A DNA stretch of 63,234 nucleotides, the filler included, from Octopus bimaculoides (Eukaryota), in assembly GCF_001194135.2 (NCBI RefSeq). It is 5 parts of 4 records of this genome, joined end to end, with 100 filler letters (N's around TTAATTAATTAA, not from the genome) between each part and the next. Parts side by side here need not be neighbours in the genome. Positions count along the whole stretch, not along the records: positions 10,797 to 25,749 come from NC_069009.1; positions 25,850 to 50,761 come from NC_069008.1; 3 more parts are not named here. One strand, given 5' to 3'. Shown here piece after piece: positions 23,612 to 34,671 of this stretch. Positions within the stretch are counted from its first letter, which is position 1. Each line of letters begins with the position of its first letter. The position numbers were made by a program, and so were the translations under genes. The notes beneath the pieces are model-generated. The model saw only the letters and a program-made list of their open reading frames with translations. It made no database searches and was not told the origin of the DNA.

Positions 23612-23865
23612 TATCATCATCATCATTATCATCGTTTAACATCCGCTTTCCATGCCAGCATGGGTTGGACGATTTGACTGAGGACTGTTGAACCAGATGG
23701 CTATACCAGGCTCCAATCTGATTTGGCAGAGTTTCTACAGCTGGATGCCCTTCCTAACGCCAACCACTCCGAGAGTGTAGTGGGTGCTTTTACATGCCAC
23801 TGGCACGAAGGTCAGTCAGGAGGTGCTGGCAACGGCCACGCTTGAAATGGTGTATTTTACGTGCC
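23612..23865 (-). mobile_element. Short retroposon family D with (GAT)n tail (nested)
   Basis: (cat)n-cgtttaac.tccgctttccatgc...gctggatgcccttcctaacgccaacc. The same family occurs at 28808 and 43672. Confidence 0.85.
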
Positions 23866-24700
23866 AAAATTTTTTCAGGGGTCCTTAAAATGCTATTGTG
23901 AATTCTCAATTTACTATTTTGTTGTGTTGACCCCACAAAATCTTATACAGACCCTCAGGGGCCATATGGATACCAATTGAGAGCCGATGTAATAAAAGAT
24001 GAGACGGTCCTTTATTTTACTGCTCTTTGTCAGATTTTGTCTTTTATCCTGTGGTGGCACCCAAAAATCACCCCCCCCTCACCTGAAGGGGCTCAGTGGG
24101 GTTGCCAGTTTAGTATACATGGTTTGACACGCCTACACACACATTATATATGAACAAGCATATATGTCCCACCCTCCTTCCATTCACTTCACATCCTACA
24201 TCTGTCGCTGAATATAAACATCTGTTGCTCAAAACAGACTCCTGTGGTTCAAAATAAACAAACTATTCGTCAGAATTGTTCAACACTTCCACCATTAATT
24301 TCTCTTTCAGTTAACATTTGGTATCCACAAACACACACTCATGCATACATACACATACATACACACACTCAAACACATTCATTCTGTCTCTCTCCCTTGC
24401 TTTCTGTATGTAGTTTAATAGTATATTAATAGTATATATTTGTATTTTGTATTGTATTTTATGTCTCTATTTTTGTATGATTACATGGTTTGAGCTCTAC
24501 ATTACAGTTTTGAGAATTTTGTATTTATTAAATACAGTTATGCTTATAGATATATTGGGAAATGTGTGTAGATATGTATGTGTGTATGTATGCATCTGTG
24601 TGTGTGTGTGTGTGTATGTATGTCTTCTACAATACCCTTCGAGTAAACCAAAGCCTTGTGAGTGGATTTGGTAGACAGAAACTGAAAGAAGCCCATCTTG

Positions 24701-25242
24701 AAGTTTGTCAATAGCCAGATGGAGGAGATGTCTTCCTGGGGCTACAAGCTACAGTAGCATCAACCCTTAAGGGTCAGCCACATTTAGGTGGCAAATATAC
24801 TTCACGTTGTTGTGCTGCTACTGTTTATACATCGTTCAGAGATTTATTATTGCTTGTTTACAATTTTTTGAGATCAGTGAATTTTCGTCACTGCAAAAAG
24901 GATATATGTATTTGCACTGGGAGCCCTTTGCATCGAAGATTGGTGATTGTCATGCGCTGACGAAGGCTAAATACCCAGAAACCTGGGTCTGTGTGTATCA
25001 CGTCAGATCGACGATGGGAAGGATGACTTCCCTTTGCAAATACCAACAGGGCACAGAAAGTGTGTCAATAGCCAGCTGGAGGAGATGTTCTCCTGGGGCT
25101 ACAAGCTACAGTAGCATTCGCCCTTAGTGGTTAGCTGCATTTAAGTGGCAAATATACTTCACAATGTCGTGCTGTTACTGTTTATACCTTGTTCAGAGAT
25201 TTATTATTGCTTGGTTCCACTTTTTTGAGATATCGGTGATTG

Positions 25243-25245
<3 letters not shown>
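24701..25245 (+). repeat. ~1.5-unit tandem repeat (period 357 bp), retrozyme or Penelope pLTR-like
   Basis: tgtcaatagccag.tggaggagatgt... starts at 24706 and 25063 with ~175 bp of clear similarity. A hammerhead-like motif lies between. Confidence 0.75.
24951..24995 (+). ncRNA. Minimal type I hammerhead-ribozyme-like motif
   Basis: catgcg-CTGACGA-aggctaaataccca-GAAA-cctgg-GTC-tgtgtg. Stem I forms 6 bp with 3 G:U pairs, and stem III is short and near-palindromic. Confidence 0.5.
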
Positions 25246-25283
<38 letters not shown>

Positions 25284-25345
25284 CATTACCGAGTGCAATA
25301 AATGGGTGCGGGTAAAACGAAATTTTACCTTTAATTTATATAGCA

Positions 25346-25586
25346 ATAAGAAAATGGAAGGGGAACATGTGGTACTCATCAACTTGCAGACATTGTATTA
25401 TGTCAATTTGCCTGTTTATTTTTCAACTAAGAGGACAGGACAATAAAAACAATATACAAACACATATGACATATGTCATATCAGTAATGTCTTGTCCTCT
25501 TAGTTGAAAAATAAACAGGTAAATTGACATAATAATACAATGTCTGCAAGTTGATGAGTACCACATATTCCCCTCCATTTTCTTAT
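25346..25586. mobile_element. Fold-back (MITE-like) element
   Basis: ~97-bp inverted arms at 25346-25442 and 25488-25586, with an inner palindrome atatgacatatgtcatat. Confidence 0.8.
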
Positions 25587-25714
25587 ATATATATAAATTT
25601 TTTTTTTTTTTTTTTATTACTGAGAACATATTTCTTTCGTGGTTAGATGATTCGGCATCTATTTCTAGCATATAGGGATCCACATTTGCTGGTCATTCCT
25701 CTTATTTTTGTATG

Positions 25715-25749
<35 letters not shown>

Positions 25750-25848
25750 NNNNNNNNNNNNNNNNNNNNNNNNNNNNNNNNNNNNNNNNNNNNTTAATTA
25801 ATTAANNNNNNNNNNNNNNNNNNNNNNNNNNNNNNNNNNNNNNNNNNN

Positions 25849-26140
25849 NAGAGGTAAGAGCTCTCTGAACTTTGCCCAGGCTATTCTTATTCTAGCAGCT
25901 ACACTTTCAGTGCACCCACCCCCACTACTAACTTGATCACCCAGATAGCGGAAGCTATCAACTACCTCTAGTTTTTCTCCCTGGAATGAGACAGAAGTTA
26001 TTTCCTGTTTGTTTACAGTGTTTATTGCGCCTGAACATCTGCCACATACAAAAACTAACTTCCTAGTTAACCTGCCTTTGATATTGCTGCACCTCTTATG
26101 TGTCTATAGCTTGCACTGGGTACATCTTATAGAGTTACTA
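25849..26140 (-). mobile_element. RTE-like LINE fragment, same region as 22680-23075
   Basis: LEVVDSFRYLGDQVSSGGGCTESVAARIRIAWAKFRELLP-like translation. Confidence 0.75.
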
Positions 26141-27077
26141 CCTACTCAGGATAAAAATTCTTAAAATATTTGAAACAAACTCAAAATAAAGAAACAGGTT
26201 AGATATTGATTGTTGTATAACAAAATAAGATAGCAGAGAGTGTAAAGTAATATTTATGTTGAATGATTTCACAGTGACAATGTGACTGACATGTCAGGTG
26301 TGGCAGTATCAGTTGACGATATGAATTTACCCCAGGTATGTCCATTCTTCTCTTCTCGTTAATTTAAGAAAAGTGATTCTGTCTAAAATTAACGATGATT
26401 ATCTTGATGGTTATGGTGGTGGTGGTGTTTTGTGCGTGTGTGTGTACTTGATATTGTTGGCGTTGTTATTGTTGTTATCCTCTCTTTCAGTTATTTGACC
26501 AAATGGCTAAATTGCAGCCACACATATATTGTCCTGGATATACATATGACTGCATCATGCTGACACCATACAGCACTGGTTTCATGTGTGTCGCATGAAA
26601 TGCGGCCACATCTACCTCTTGCGCTATCTCTAGGGAGCGCTGTAATCTCTAGCACAGACCAAAGATCCCCAAAATGTTCAATGCCATTCCCTGCATATAT
26701 TTGGTTTTATATCAGAGTGACCTTCTCCTAGAGACATGCTTCAACAAAAGCTGAGGGGCACCTCACTCCCAGTGGTCTTTCAGCACGCCGGACACCATCC
26801 CGGAATTTCTGCGTATCCGTGCTATTGCTAGATAGCCGTTGAGCCTGCACTAGGTCCATCCGAGCTTTCAACAGGTCTTGTTATTAATCCTGCTGGGTTT
26901 CTAGCAACCCTCCTCACCAGGGTGGCCTGGTGGGGGTGCCAGTTTAGTCGCCGGCAACCCGACCATGCAACAGGTTGTATTGGATTACATGTTACCAGTA
27001 GCACTTATGAGAGCCTCATACGTGACCTGACACATACATACATACATACATACATACATACATACATACATACATAC

Positions 27078-27720
27078 ATTGTAATTTTGGATAGAAAAGA
27101 GAAACTGTGTGCAGTTGTGGAAACCAGCTGCCCAGTGGATGTTAACAAAAACCTAAAGATCAGTGAAAGAGAGAATTCCTCCACTGAACTATTGAGAAAT
27201 CTGCAGTTACTCTATCAGATTACAAGTTCAGGTTTATACCTGTAATTATTGAGGCACTGGGATATGTAACGCGCTGCCTTAATATCAATCTTGAGAAATT
27301 AGGCTTCTCAAAACCAGAAAGGAGAAAGACTATAGATCCAAGTCTACAGATCCAAGACTATAGATCCAAGACTATAGATTCGAAAACTATAAATCCAAGC
27401 CTTCACTTGAACTGTAAAAATCTGCAAAATTTTCCAGAAGTTTATCATTTAAGTACATATGAGCATGTCTAGATATGCAAATATATGCATGAGAATACAT
27501 ACATAAAACAAAACATACAAATCTGCACACATACAAACATATGTACATACATACATACATACATACATACATACATAAATACATACATACATACATACAT
27601 ACATACACATAAATACCCTGCTGATGTTGTTGAAATTCCAATGAAGGAGCTTTGGATCTAGGTTAGAAACTGACTCTTTCTCTATTGACAAGAAATCTTG
27701 AAATAAACTGAATAATAACA
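27078..27720 (+). mobile_element. 5'-truncated LINE 3' end with restriction-like endonuclease (R4/Dong-like)
   Basis: IVILDRKEKLCAVVETSCPVD (the part after PD of a PD-(D/E)xK motif), then FRFIPVIIEALGYV and TVKICKIFQKFII* ending at 27452. The 3' UTR has an internal (TACA)n, and both ends abut (TACA)n. Confidence 0.78.
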
Positions 27721-27733
27721 TACATACATACAT

Positions 27734-27898
27734 GTGGCTGTGTAAAAAGTAGCTTTCTTAGCAACTACATGGTTCTGGGTTCAGTCCCACTGCATGGCAC
27801 CTTGGGCAAGTGTCTTCTACTATAGCCTCAGCCCAACCAAAGCCTCGTGAGTGGATTTGGTGGACAGAAATTGAAAGAAGCCCGTCGTATATATATAT

Positions 27899-27953
<55 letters not shown>

Positions 27954-28160
27954 TGTATCTGTGTTTGTCCCCCCAGCATCACTTGACAACCGATGCTGGT
28001 GTGTTTACATCCCCCGTAACTTAGCAGTTTGGCAAAAGAGACTGATAGAATAAGTACTAGGCTTACAAAGAATAAGTCCTGGGGTCGATTTGCTCGACTA
28101 AAGGTGGTGCTCCAGCATGGCTGCAGTTAAATGACTGAAACAAGTAAAAGAGTAAAAGAG
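27734..28160 (+). mobile_element. SINE family A, full bipartite copy
   Basis: Head, TG microsatellite, 3' body and gtaaaaga tail. Confidence 0.88.
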
Positions 28161-28683
28161 AGTAAAGAGTACATACAGACAGACAGACAGACAAACAGAC
28201 ATAGGAGAGATGTTGTTGTTTGAGACAGACAAAGTAAAGTATGTACCTGCATAGAGATCAGCTACCTTGTTGATGTGAATATCTCTTTGAAAATCAACTA
28301 CTTTGAAACCACCAGCTTCTATATTCAGATCATGAATTCTCATTTATACTAATAATAAATGGTACTTTTGATTCTGTGAGTGAATGCTTTAAGTGACAAT
28401 CCAGATAAGCTGCGATTTTCACAAAAAGAAATCAACTAGCTAATTTGCACATTACAAATACAATCTGTAAGTGGAACAGTAAAAATATGCAGGACTTTAC
28501 ACAAGTTTAAAGGGTGAATCCATTTTTGTTATCTGCATTGTAATGATGAATCTTTGTATCTTTGTTAGAAATCAGATCCTTCCACAGAGGAAGAATCTAG
28601 ATAATTAAAAACAGAAGAGAACGTACATACATATATGCATGCATGCAAGCATACATACGTACTTACATACATACCTGCAATAA

Positions 28684-29145
28684 ATTGAGTGCTAAAAAGT
28701 TCCTGACTTTAAGGGTATTGTGAAAGCCCAACCTTCTGACTTCTTTTACAGGGCTTAGAAAAACTGAAGGACAACTGCAATAAGTGTGTGAATTTGAGAG
28801 GGGAATATCATCATCATCATCATCATCGTTTAACATTTGCTTTCCATGCTAGCATGGGTTGGAAGATTTGACTGAGGACTGGTGAACCAGATGGCTGCAC
28901 CAGGCTCCAATCTGATCTGGCAGAGTTTCTACCGCTGGATGCCCTTCCTAACGCCAACCACTCCGAGAGTGTAGTGGGTGCTTTTACATGCCACTGGCAC
29001 GAAGGCCAGTCAGGCGGTATTGGCAACGGCCATGCTCAAAATGGTGTATTTTATGTGCCACCTGCACAGGAGCCAAAATTATAATTAACTGATCCTCCTG
29101 CATTTTCTTTTACCTAAAGCCAGGAACATTTCATCACCCCCTCAT
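28684..29145 (+). mobile_element. Mariner-derived MITE split by a family D retroposon
   Basis: gtgctaaaaagttcctgacttt ... aaagccaggaacatttcatcacc TIRs and a C-terminal transposase remnant GLEKLKDNCNKCVNLRGEY. Another copy lies at 42540-42715. Confidence 0.7.
28808..29075 (-). mobile_element. Short retroposon family D
   Basis: Low-divergence copy with (cat)n tail. Confidence 0.88.
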
Positions 29146-29453
29146 ACATAAACATATACATATTACGTGTGTACGTACGTACACACATAATGGACTCTCC
29201 CATTGATGGACCTGCACAAATGATTTGTTTATAGTGATCAAATGTTCATACCACACATTAGCTCACTCTCTCCATCAAATCAATGTTATCTGAACAGGTG
29301 TACTGTGTGCCACAAGTCAGGTATCAAAATGATCGCGGAGCAACATGAGTTGAAGTGTTTTTCTCAAGAACACAACACACCACCTGGTCTAGGAACTGAA
29401 ATTATGATTTAGCAATTTTGATTGCAACACCCTAACCACTAGGCCTTGCACTC

Positions 29454-29484
<31 letters not shown>

Positions 29485-29535
29485 CATACATACAAACATG
29501 CATACATGCATGCATGCATACATACATACATGCAT

Positions 29536-29573
<38 letters not shown>

Positions 29574-30077
29574 ACACAAATACAAACATGCATGCATGCA
29601 TACATCATGCACAGATGGGATGCCGAAAGCACTTTTGCCAAAGGACAAGAAGCCAAAACGAAGAAGCCAAACAGACACAATGCCAAACACCCACAAAGTT
29701 GAACAGATACTAATAAAAAAAAACATTCCAGCCTACATAGTTTAATGACTAATTCACTAATATGGCACTCAAGATTTAATGAGATTAAATTTTAATTTTC
29801 GTATGTCTTTTTGGCATCTTGTCCACTTGTGATGTTGGGCTGTTCATTGATGATGTCACAACCAGATTTCACCACTTCTCCCAGTCTTTTGTTGCCTTCT
29901 GTGAGTTGCTGAAATCAAGGACCATCCACTCAGGTGACTATTGATCCAGTATGGGCTCTGGTCTGGTTGTCACCATCATGAATGTAGTCATGGCCAAAAG
30001 TTTAGAATAAGTTTTAAAAAATTAAAATTATTGTGCCCAAGTACAATTCAATTCAAATTTATACAATGTATATAAAG

Positions 30078-30408
30078 GGTAAAGGGTAAAGACCCCACTT
30101 CAGTAATGATTGACAATGGAATTGCACCTAGAAAGTTACCCTCCAAGGCACAAGTCTGGACAAAGTTGTATATGGAAGACCAGCAATTGCCCATGCATTC
30201 CAACCTCCCCTTTCCTTGCCAACATTATCCAAGGGAAAGGCAAAGGCCAATACAACTTGGTATCAATGACATTGCAAGTCATTTCTAAAGCTGAGTGAAC
30301 TGGAACAACATGAAATAAAGTGTCTTCCTCAAGAACACAACACATACACTCCAGTCTGGGAATTGAACTGACTACCTCATGATTGTGAGCCTGACACTCT
30401 AACCACCA
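30078..30408 (-). mobile_element. SINE family C
   Basis: Reverse complement of the 17808 copy, including the tail. Confidence 0.75.
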
Positions 30409-30639
30409 TTTGGACATTTAATATAAAAATTATAATCTAATTTTCAAACCTATGTCCCAAACATTTAGCCATGACTGTAACATGGGCAAGTTAACATGGC
30501 TGCACTCATTCCTTTCCAAGTTGTAAGCCACAACCATATACTTTTACCTAGGACATGCCTTGTCCTTGAACACAAGGCTGTTGACCTGAGCAGCTTCCTC
30601 CACTTTGGTCATAATGACTCATAAGGGCTGGTTTCCTGG

Positions 30640-30835
30640 TTTCTCTAGCATATAAATTCCCCACCGGGATGGGACACCAGTCTGTCACAGGATTACTCAT
30701 TTTTTTGCCAGCTGAGTGAACTGAAGCAATGTGAAATGAAGTGATTTGCTCAAGAACACAATGCATCACCCAGTCCAGGAACTGAAACCACAATCTTACA
30801 ATCATGAATCCAACACCCTAACCACTAAGCCATGA
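30640..30835 (-). mobile_element. SINE family C variant
   Basis: Head and core in reverse complement. Confidence 0.65.
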
Positions 30836-31719
30836 AACTTGGCCAGTAACTCCTTGGAAAGCCTTACCCAGAGTCTTCCACATATTGGGTGCAGTGTTAA
30901 CATCATCCCCTCACTTAATTTAGCTCACCAACTGAAGCCATCAAGTGAGATAATAGGAGTTGAATGAGAACCAGTGATGCCTCTCCACCTGACCATCTCT
31001 AGCAAGGTGCAGCTGCCAGGCACCAAAGGTAGTACCTCTATTCAGACCCCTCCCCTCTACACCCTATGCATGAAATATGGTAGATAAAAACACTAGTGCC
31101 TCATTACTGCCTTTCTGAGCCACTTTGACAACAATGTCATCATTTTCAAGAGTTTTCCTGGTATTCATCAATTTTACATCTACATTATTTCTTTGTTAGT
31201 GAATGCATCATCAAACTGGTGGGTCACAAGAGCCTGTGCAAGGCCCCTCAGTGACAGCAGGACTTACTACAGACTCATGGTTTAGGACATCACTATAATG
31301 CTGCTGCCATCTGGCCATGATTTCATCTCTGCCTCACTCTCTCTCTCTTCGATTTTACCACCCGGTTCACCATCTCTTCCTCCCACCTTAACCCTAACTC
31401 TGTATAAACCAGCTCAATGCTCTGCTTTCCCTAACTGAGTTTGAATTCCTCTGCTGATAGAATACGAAATTCAGAAAATGAACAGATAAGAATTTTATCC
31501 TTTCAACCTCATTCATGTACTCCTGTTTTTGCAGAGATCATAACCCTATCCCCCCACCTGTTCATTCTTTATTATCTATCTATTTCTTTACCATGTAAAC
31601 ATAGCCCAATAGATTAGTCTTCCTTGTTTGTCTTAAATTCATGAATATCCGTTAATCGTCACATTTTATTTATTTTGTTTTATTCAAGTTTATCATTTCT
31701 TTAATTCATTCTCTCTAAA

Positions 31720-32124
31720 TTTGTCTACCATAGTATACAAGTGCAGAAGTGGCTCTCACCTAAACTTGCTGGCTCACGGTACGCCTGCCCTCCCACCCTC
31801 TGCACCTTCACCGGAAGTTCCTATCCTCTGTCATCCTTGGTTGTCTCCCGCGAACACATCTAAGGGCCTAATGTCATCCCAACCCCAACCCAGGATTTAT
31901 CTATCATATAGCACATAAAAATGGTGTAGTGTATGCAGGTTGTAGGCTATTGTTTGTTTATGAATTCTGCCAAATGCAAGCTTTCTTTTCAAGTACAGGA
32001 CACTGCTGTCCCTCATCCCAGAGTCTCACAGGCCCACACCTCCCACACCCTCAGAGTTGGCACTCTCAACGTCGGCACACTGAAAGGTAGGACTGGTGAG
32101 ATTGTTGAGATGCTTGAACGGAGA
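31720..32124 (+). mobile_element. 5' end of an RTE-like LINE (APE endonuclease start), running into a gap
   Basis: TLRVGTLNVGTLKGRTGEIVEMLERR matches the conserved N-terminal strand of APE domains. Confidence 0.82.
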
Positions 32125-32916
32125 NNNNNNNNNNNNNNNNNNNNNNNNNNNNNNNNNNNNNNNNNNNNNNNNNNNNNNNNNNNNNNNNNNNNNNNNNNNN
32201 NNNNNNNNNNNNNNNNNNNNNNNNNNNNNNNNNNNNNNNNNNNNNNNNNNNNNNNNNNNNNNNNNNNNNNNNNNNNNNNNNNNNNNNNNNNNNNNNNNNN
32301 NNNNNNNNNNNNNNNNNNNNNNNNNNNNNNNNNNNNNNNNNNNNNNNNNNNNNNNNNNNNNNNNNNNNNNNNNNNNNNNNNNNNNNNNNNNNNNNNNNNN
32401 NNNNNNNNNNNNNNNNNNNNNNNNNNNNNNNNNNNNNNNNNNNNNNNNNNNNNNNNNNNNNNNNNNNNNNNNNNNNNNNNNNNNNNNNNNNNNNNNNNNN
32501 NNNNNNNNNNNNNNNNNNNNNNNNNNNNNNNNNNNNNNNNNNNNNNNNNNNNNNNNNNNNNNNNNNNNNNNNNNNNNNNNNNNNNNNNNNNNNNNNNNNN
32601 NNNNNNNNNNNNNNNNNNNNNNNNNNNNNNNNNNNNNNNNNNNNNNNNNNNNNNNNNNNNNNNNNNNNNNNNNNNNNNNNNNNNNNNNNNNNNNNNNNNN
32701 NNNNNNNNNNNNNNNNNNNNNNNNNNNNNNNNNNNNNNNNNNNNNNNNNNNNNNNNNNNNNNNNNNNNNNNNNNNNNNNNNNNNNNNNNNNNNNNNNNNN
32801 NNNNNNNNNNNNNNNNNNNNNNNNNNNNNNNNNNNNNNNNNNNNNNNNNNNNNNNNNNNNNNNNNNNNNNNNNNNNNNNNNNNNNNNNNNNNNNNNNNNN
32901 NNNNNNNNNNNNNNNT

Positions 32917-33390
32917 GAAGCGCACCTCCACAGTGGCGTATTTTCTCCCTCTCGTAATGTAAGTTGTAAGTCTTTTCAATTCCTTGATACTCTCTTCTAT
33001 GGCTTCTATCAGCGCAACTTCTATTTTTCTTGTAATTGTCTTCACGGTTTTAAATATCACAGTTCTTCTTAACACAATGGCTGAAATCTCTTCAGGTGGC
33101 GTTAGTTTCAGAGTGTTACTTTCTTTGGGGATTAATTTTTCACTCTCCTTCATCTTTCGAGGCTCCACCTTTATCTTGCAGACCTCCAACTCTTGCACGT
33201 TCACTCCTCTGCTCGTTGCAGTTGCATAACTTGGGCCTCCCTCCTGCATCTTTTCCATTCTCCCACAATGGGGAACAAAACAACAATTAACAAATTAACA
33301 ACAGCAACAGTTCTAACAACAATTCAAATCAAATAACAATGGCAACAATGCAATAAATATTTCAACATAAACTCATGCACAAACTCACAG
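32917..33390 (-). mobile_element. Half-LINE-like ORF1 element, copy 2 (5' UTR and ORF1 start)
   Basis: ATG at 33258. TLKLTPPEEISAIVLRRTVIFKT...KYATVEVRF aligns to copy 3 TLKLAPPGEISAIMSGRAVIFGT...KCVTVAVHF. The rest is lost in the gap, so absence of ORF2 cannot be seen for this copy. Confidence 0.68.
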
Positions 33391-33444
33391 AGACGAAATA
33401 CTGCTTAGCATTTTGCCTGGTGTGCTAACGATTCTGCCAGCTTG
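33391..33444 (-). mobile_element. SINE family B head only
   Basis: Reverse complement reads aagctggcagaatcgttagcacaccaggcaaaatgctaagcagtatttcgtct and stops exactly where copy 2 begins. Confidence 0.8.
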
Positions 33445-34671
33445 TGCAACAGTTGGATGTCCAGGAGGTGGGGTGGATCCTCGAGGGATGAAGGAGGGTG
33501 AGGAACTCATCTCGGAAGAAGGTGGCACTCTGAAACTGGCGCCACCTGGGGAGATTTCGGCCATAATGTCCGGAAGAGCTGTGATATTTGGAACCATAAG
33601 GACGACTGCAGGAGAGGTGGAGGTTGTACTGATGAAGGCCGTGGAGGAGTGTCAGGGAGTTGAAGGGACTTACAGCTTGCATTGCGAGAGGAAGTGCGTC
33701 ACTGTGGCGGTGCACTTCAGAACAGAGGAGGAAGCAATAAAGCACTCCACAGAGGCTATAAGGTCAGAAGAATGGATGCTCCTGCCTTCGTACTGCGACA
33801 AACGTGTGGCCAAGGTGCGAGTGGGTGGGGTGCCGCCCGAATTGGGAGAGGAATGGCTGATGACAGCAGTAACATGTAGTGTGAGGGATAGGNNNNNNNN
33901 NNNNNNNNNNNNNNNNNNNNNNNNNNNNNNNNNNNNNNNNNNNNNNNNNNNNNNNNNNNNNNNNNNNNNNNNNNNNNNNNNNNNNNNNNNNNNNNNNNNN
34001 NNNNNNNNNNNNNNNNNNNNNNNNNNNNNNNNNNNNNNNNNNNNNNNNNNNNNNNNNNNNNNNNNNNNNNNNNNNNNNNNNNNNNNNNNNNNNNNNNNNN
34101 NNNNNNNNNNNNNNNNNNNNNNNNNNNNNNNNNNNNNNNNNNNNNNNNNNNNNNNNNNNNNNNNNNNNNNNNNNNNNNNNNNNNNNNNNNNNNNNNNNNN
34201 NNNNNNNNNNNNNNNNNNNNNNNNNNNNNNNNNNNNNNNNNNNNNNNNNNNNNNNNNNNNNNNNNNNNNNNNNNNNNNNNNNNNNNNNNNNNNNNNNNNN
34301 NNNNNNNNNNNNNNNNNNNNNNNNNNNNNNNNNNNNNNNNNNNNNNNNNNNNNNNNNNNNNNNNNNNNNNNNNNNNNNNNNNNNNNNNNNNNNNNNNNNN
34401 NNNNNNNNNNNNNNNNNNNNNNNNNNNNNNNNNNNNNNNNNNNNNNNNNNNGTGACAAAGTAGGAAAAAAGAACAATTGTAGATAGTATATATAATGGTT
34501 CAAAGGGTACCGCATGGGAGTGGGACCCATGTGGCTATTTTCATTTTTTTCATTATTATATAATTTCATCCCATTTACATTCGTTTTATGTTTTTTGTCC
34601 CCACTGTGGTCTTGTCTGTCCTTGTGGTGTCCGCATCTGTGTTTAGGGCTTTATGCTTAATAAAGAAATTG
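33443..34671 (+). mobile_element. Half-LINE-like ORF1 element, copy 3 (5'-truncated, gap 33893-34451)
   Basis: EAIKHSTEAIRSEEWMLLPSYCDKRVAKVRVGGVPPELGEEWLMTAV aligns to copy 1 TATLHSATPLRTDQVVLLPVYLGRHASKVRLEDISPEVDVAWLVAAI. The 3' UTR and AATAAA (34659-34664) follow the gap. Confidence 0.68.

Larger units (their letters stand above)
23174..23989. mobile_element. Old hAT-type MITE carrying two nested insertions
   Basis: Starts caggggcttctcaacc and ends with a degenerate attgagagccgatg. Confidence 0.5.

Noticed and set aside
28266-28350. Possible minus-strand exon MRIHDLNIEAGGFKVVDFQRDIHINK
   Set aside because: Weak splice signals, no recognisable domain and no partner exons. A tBLASTn or RNA-seq check would be needed.
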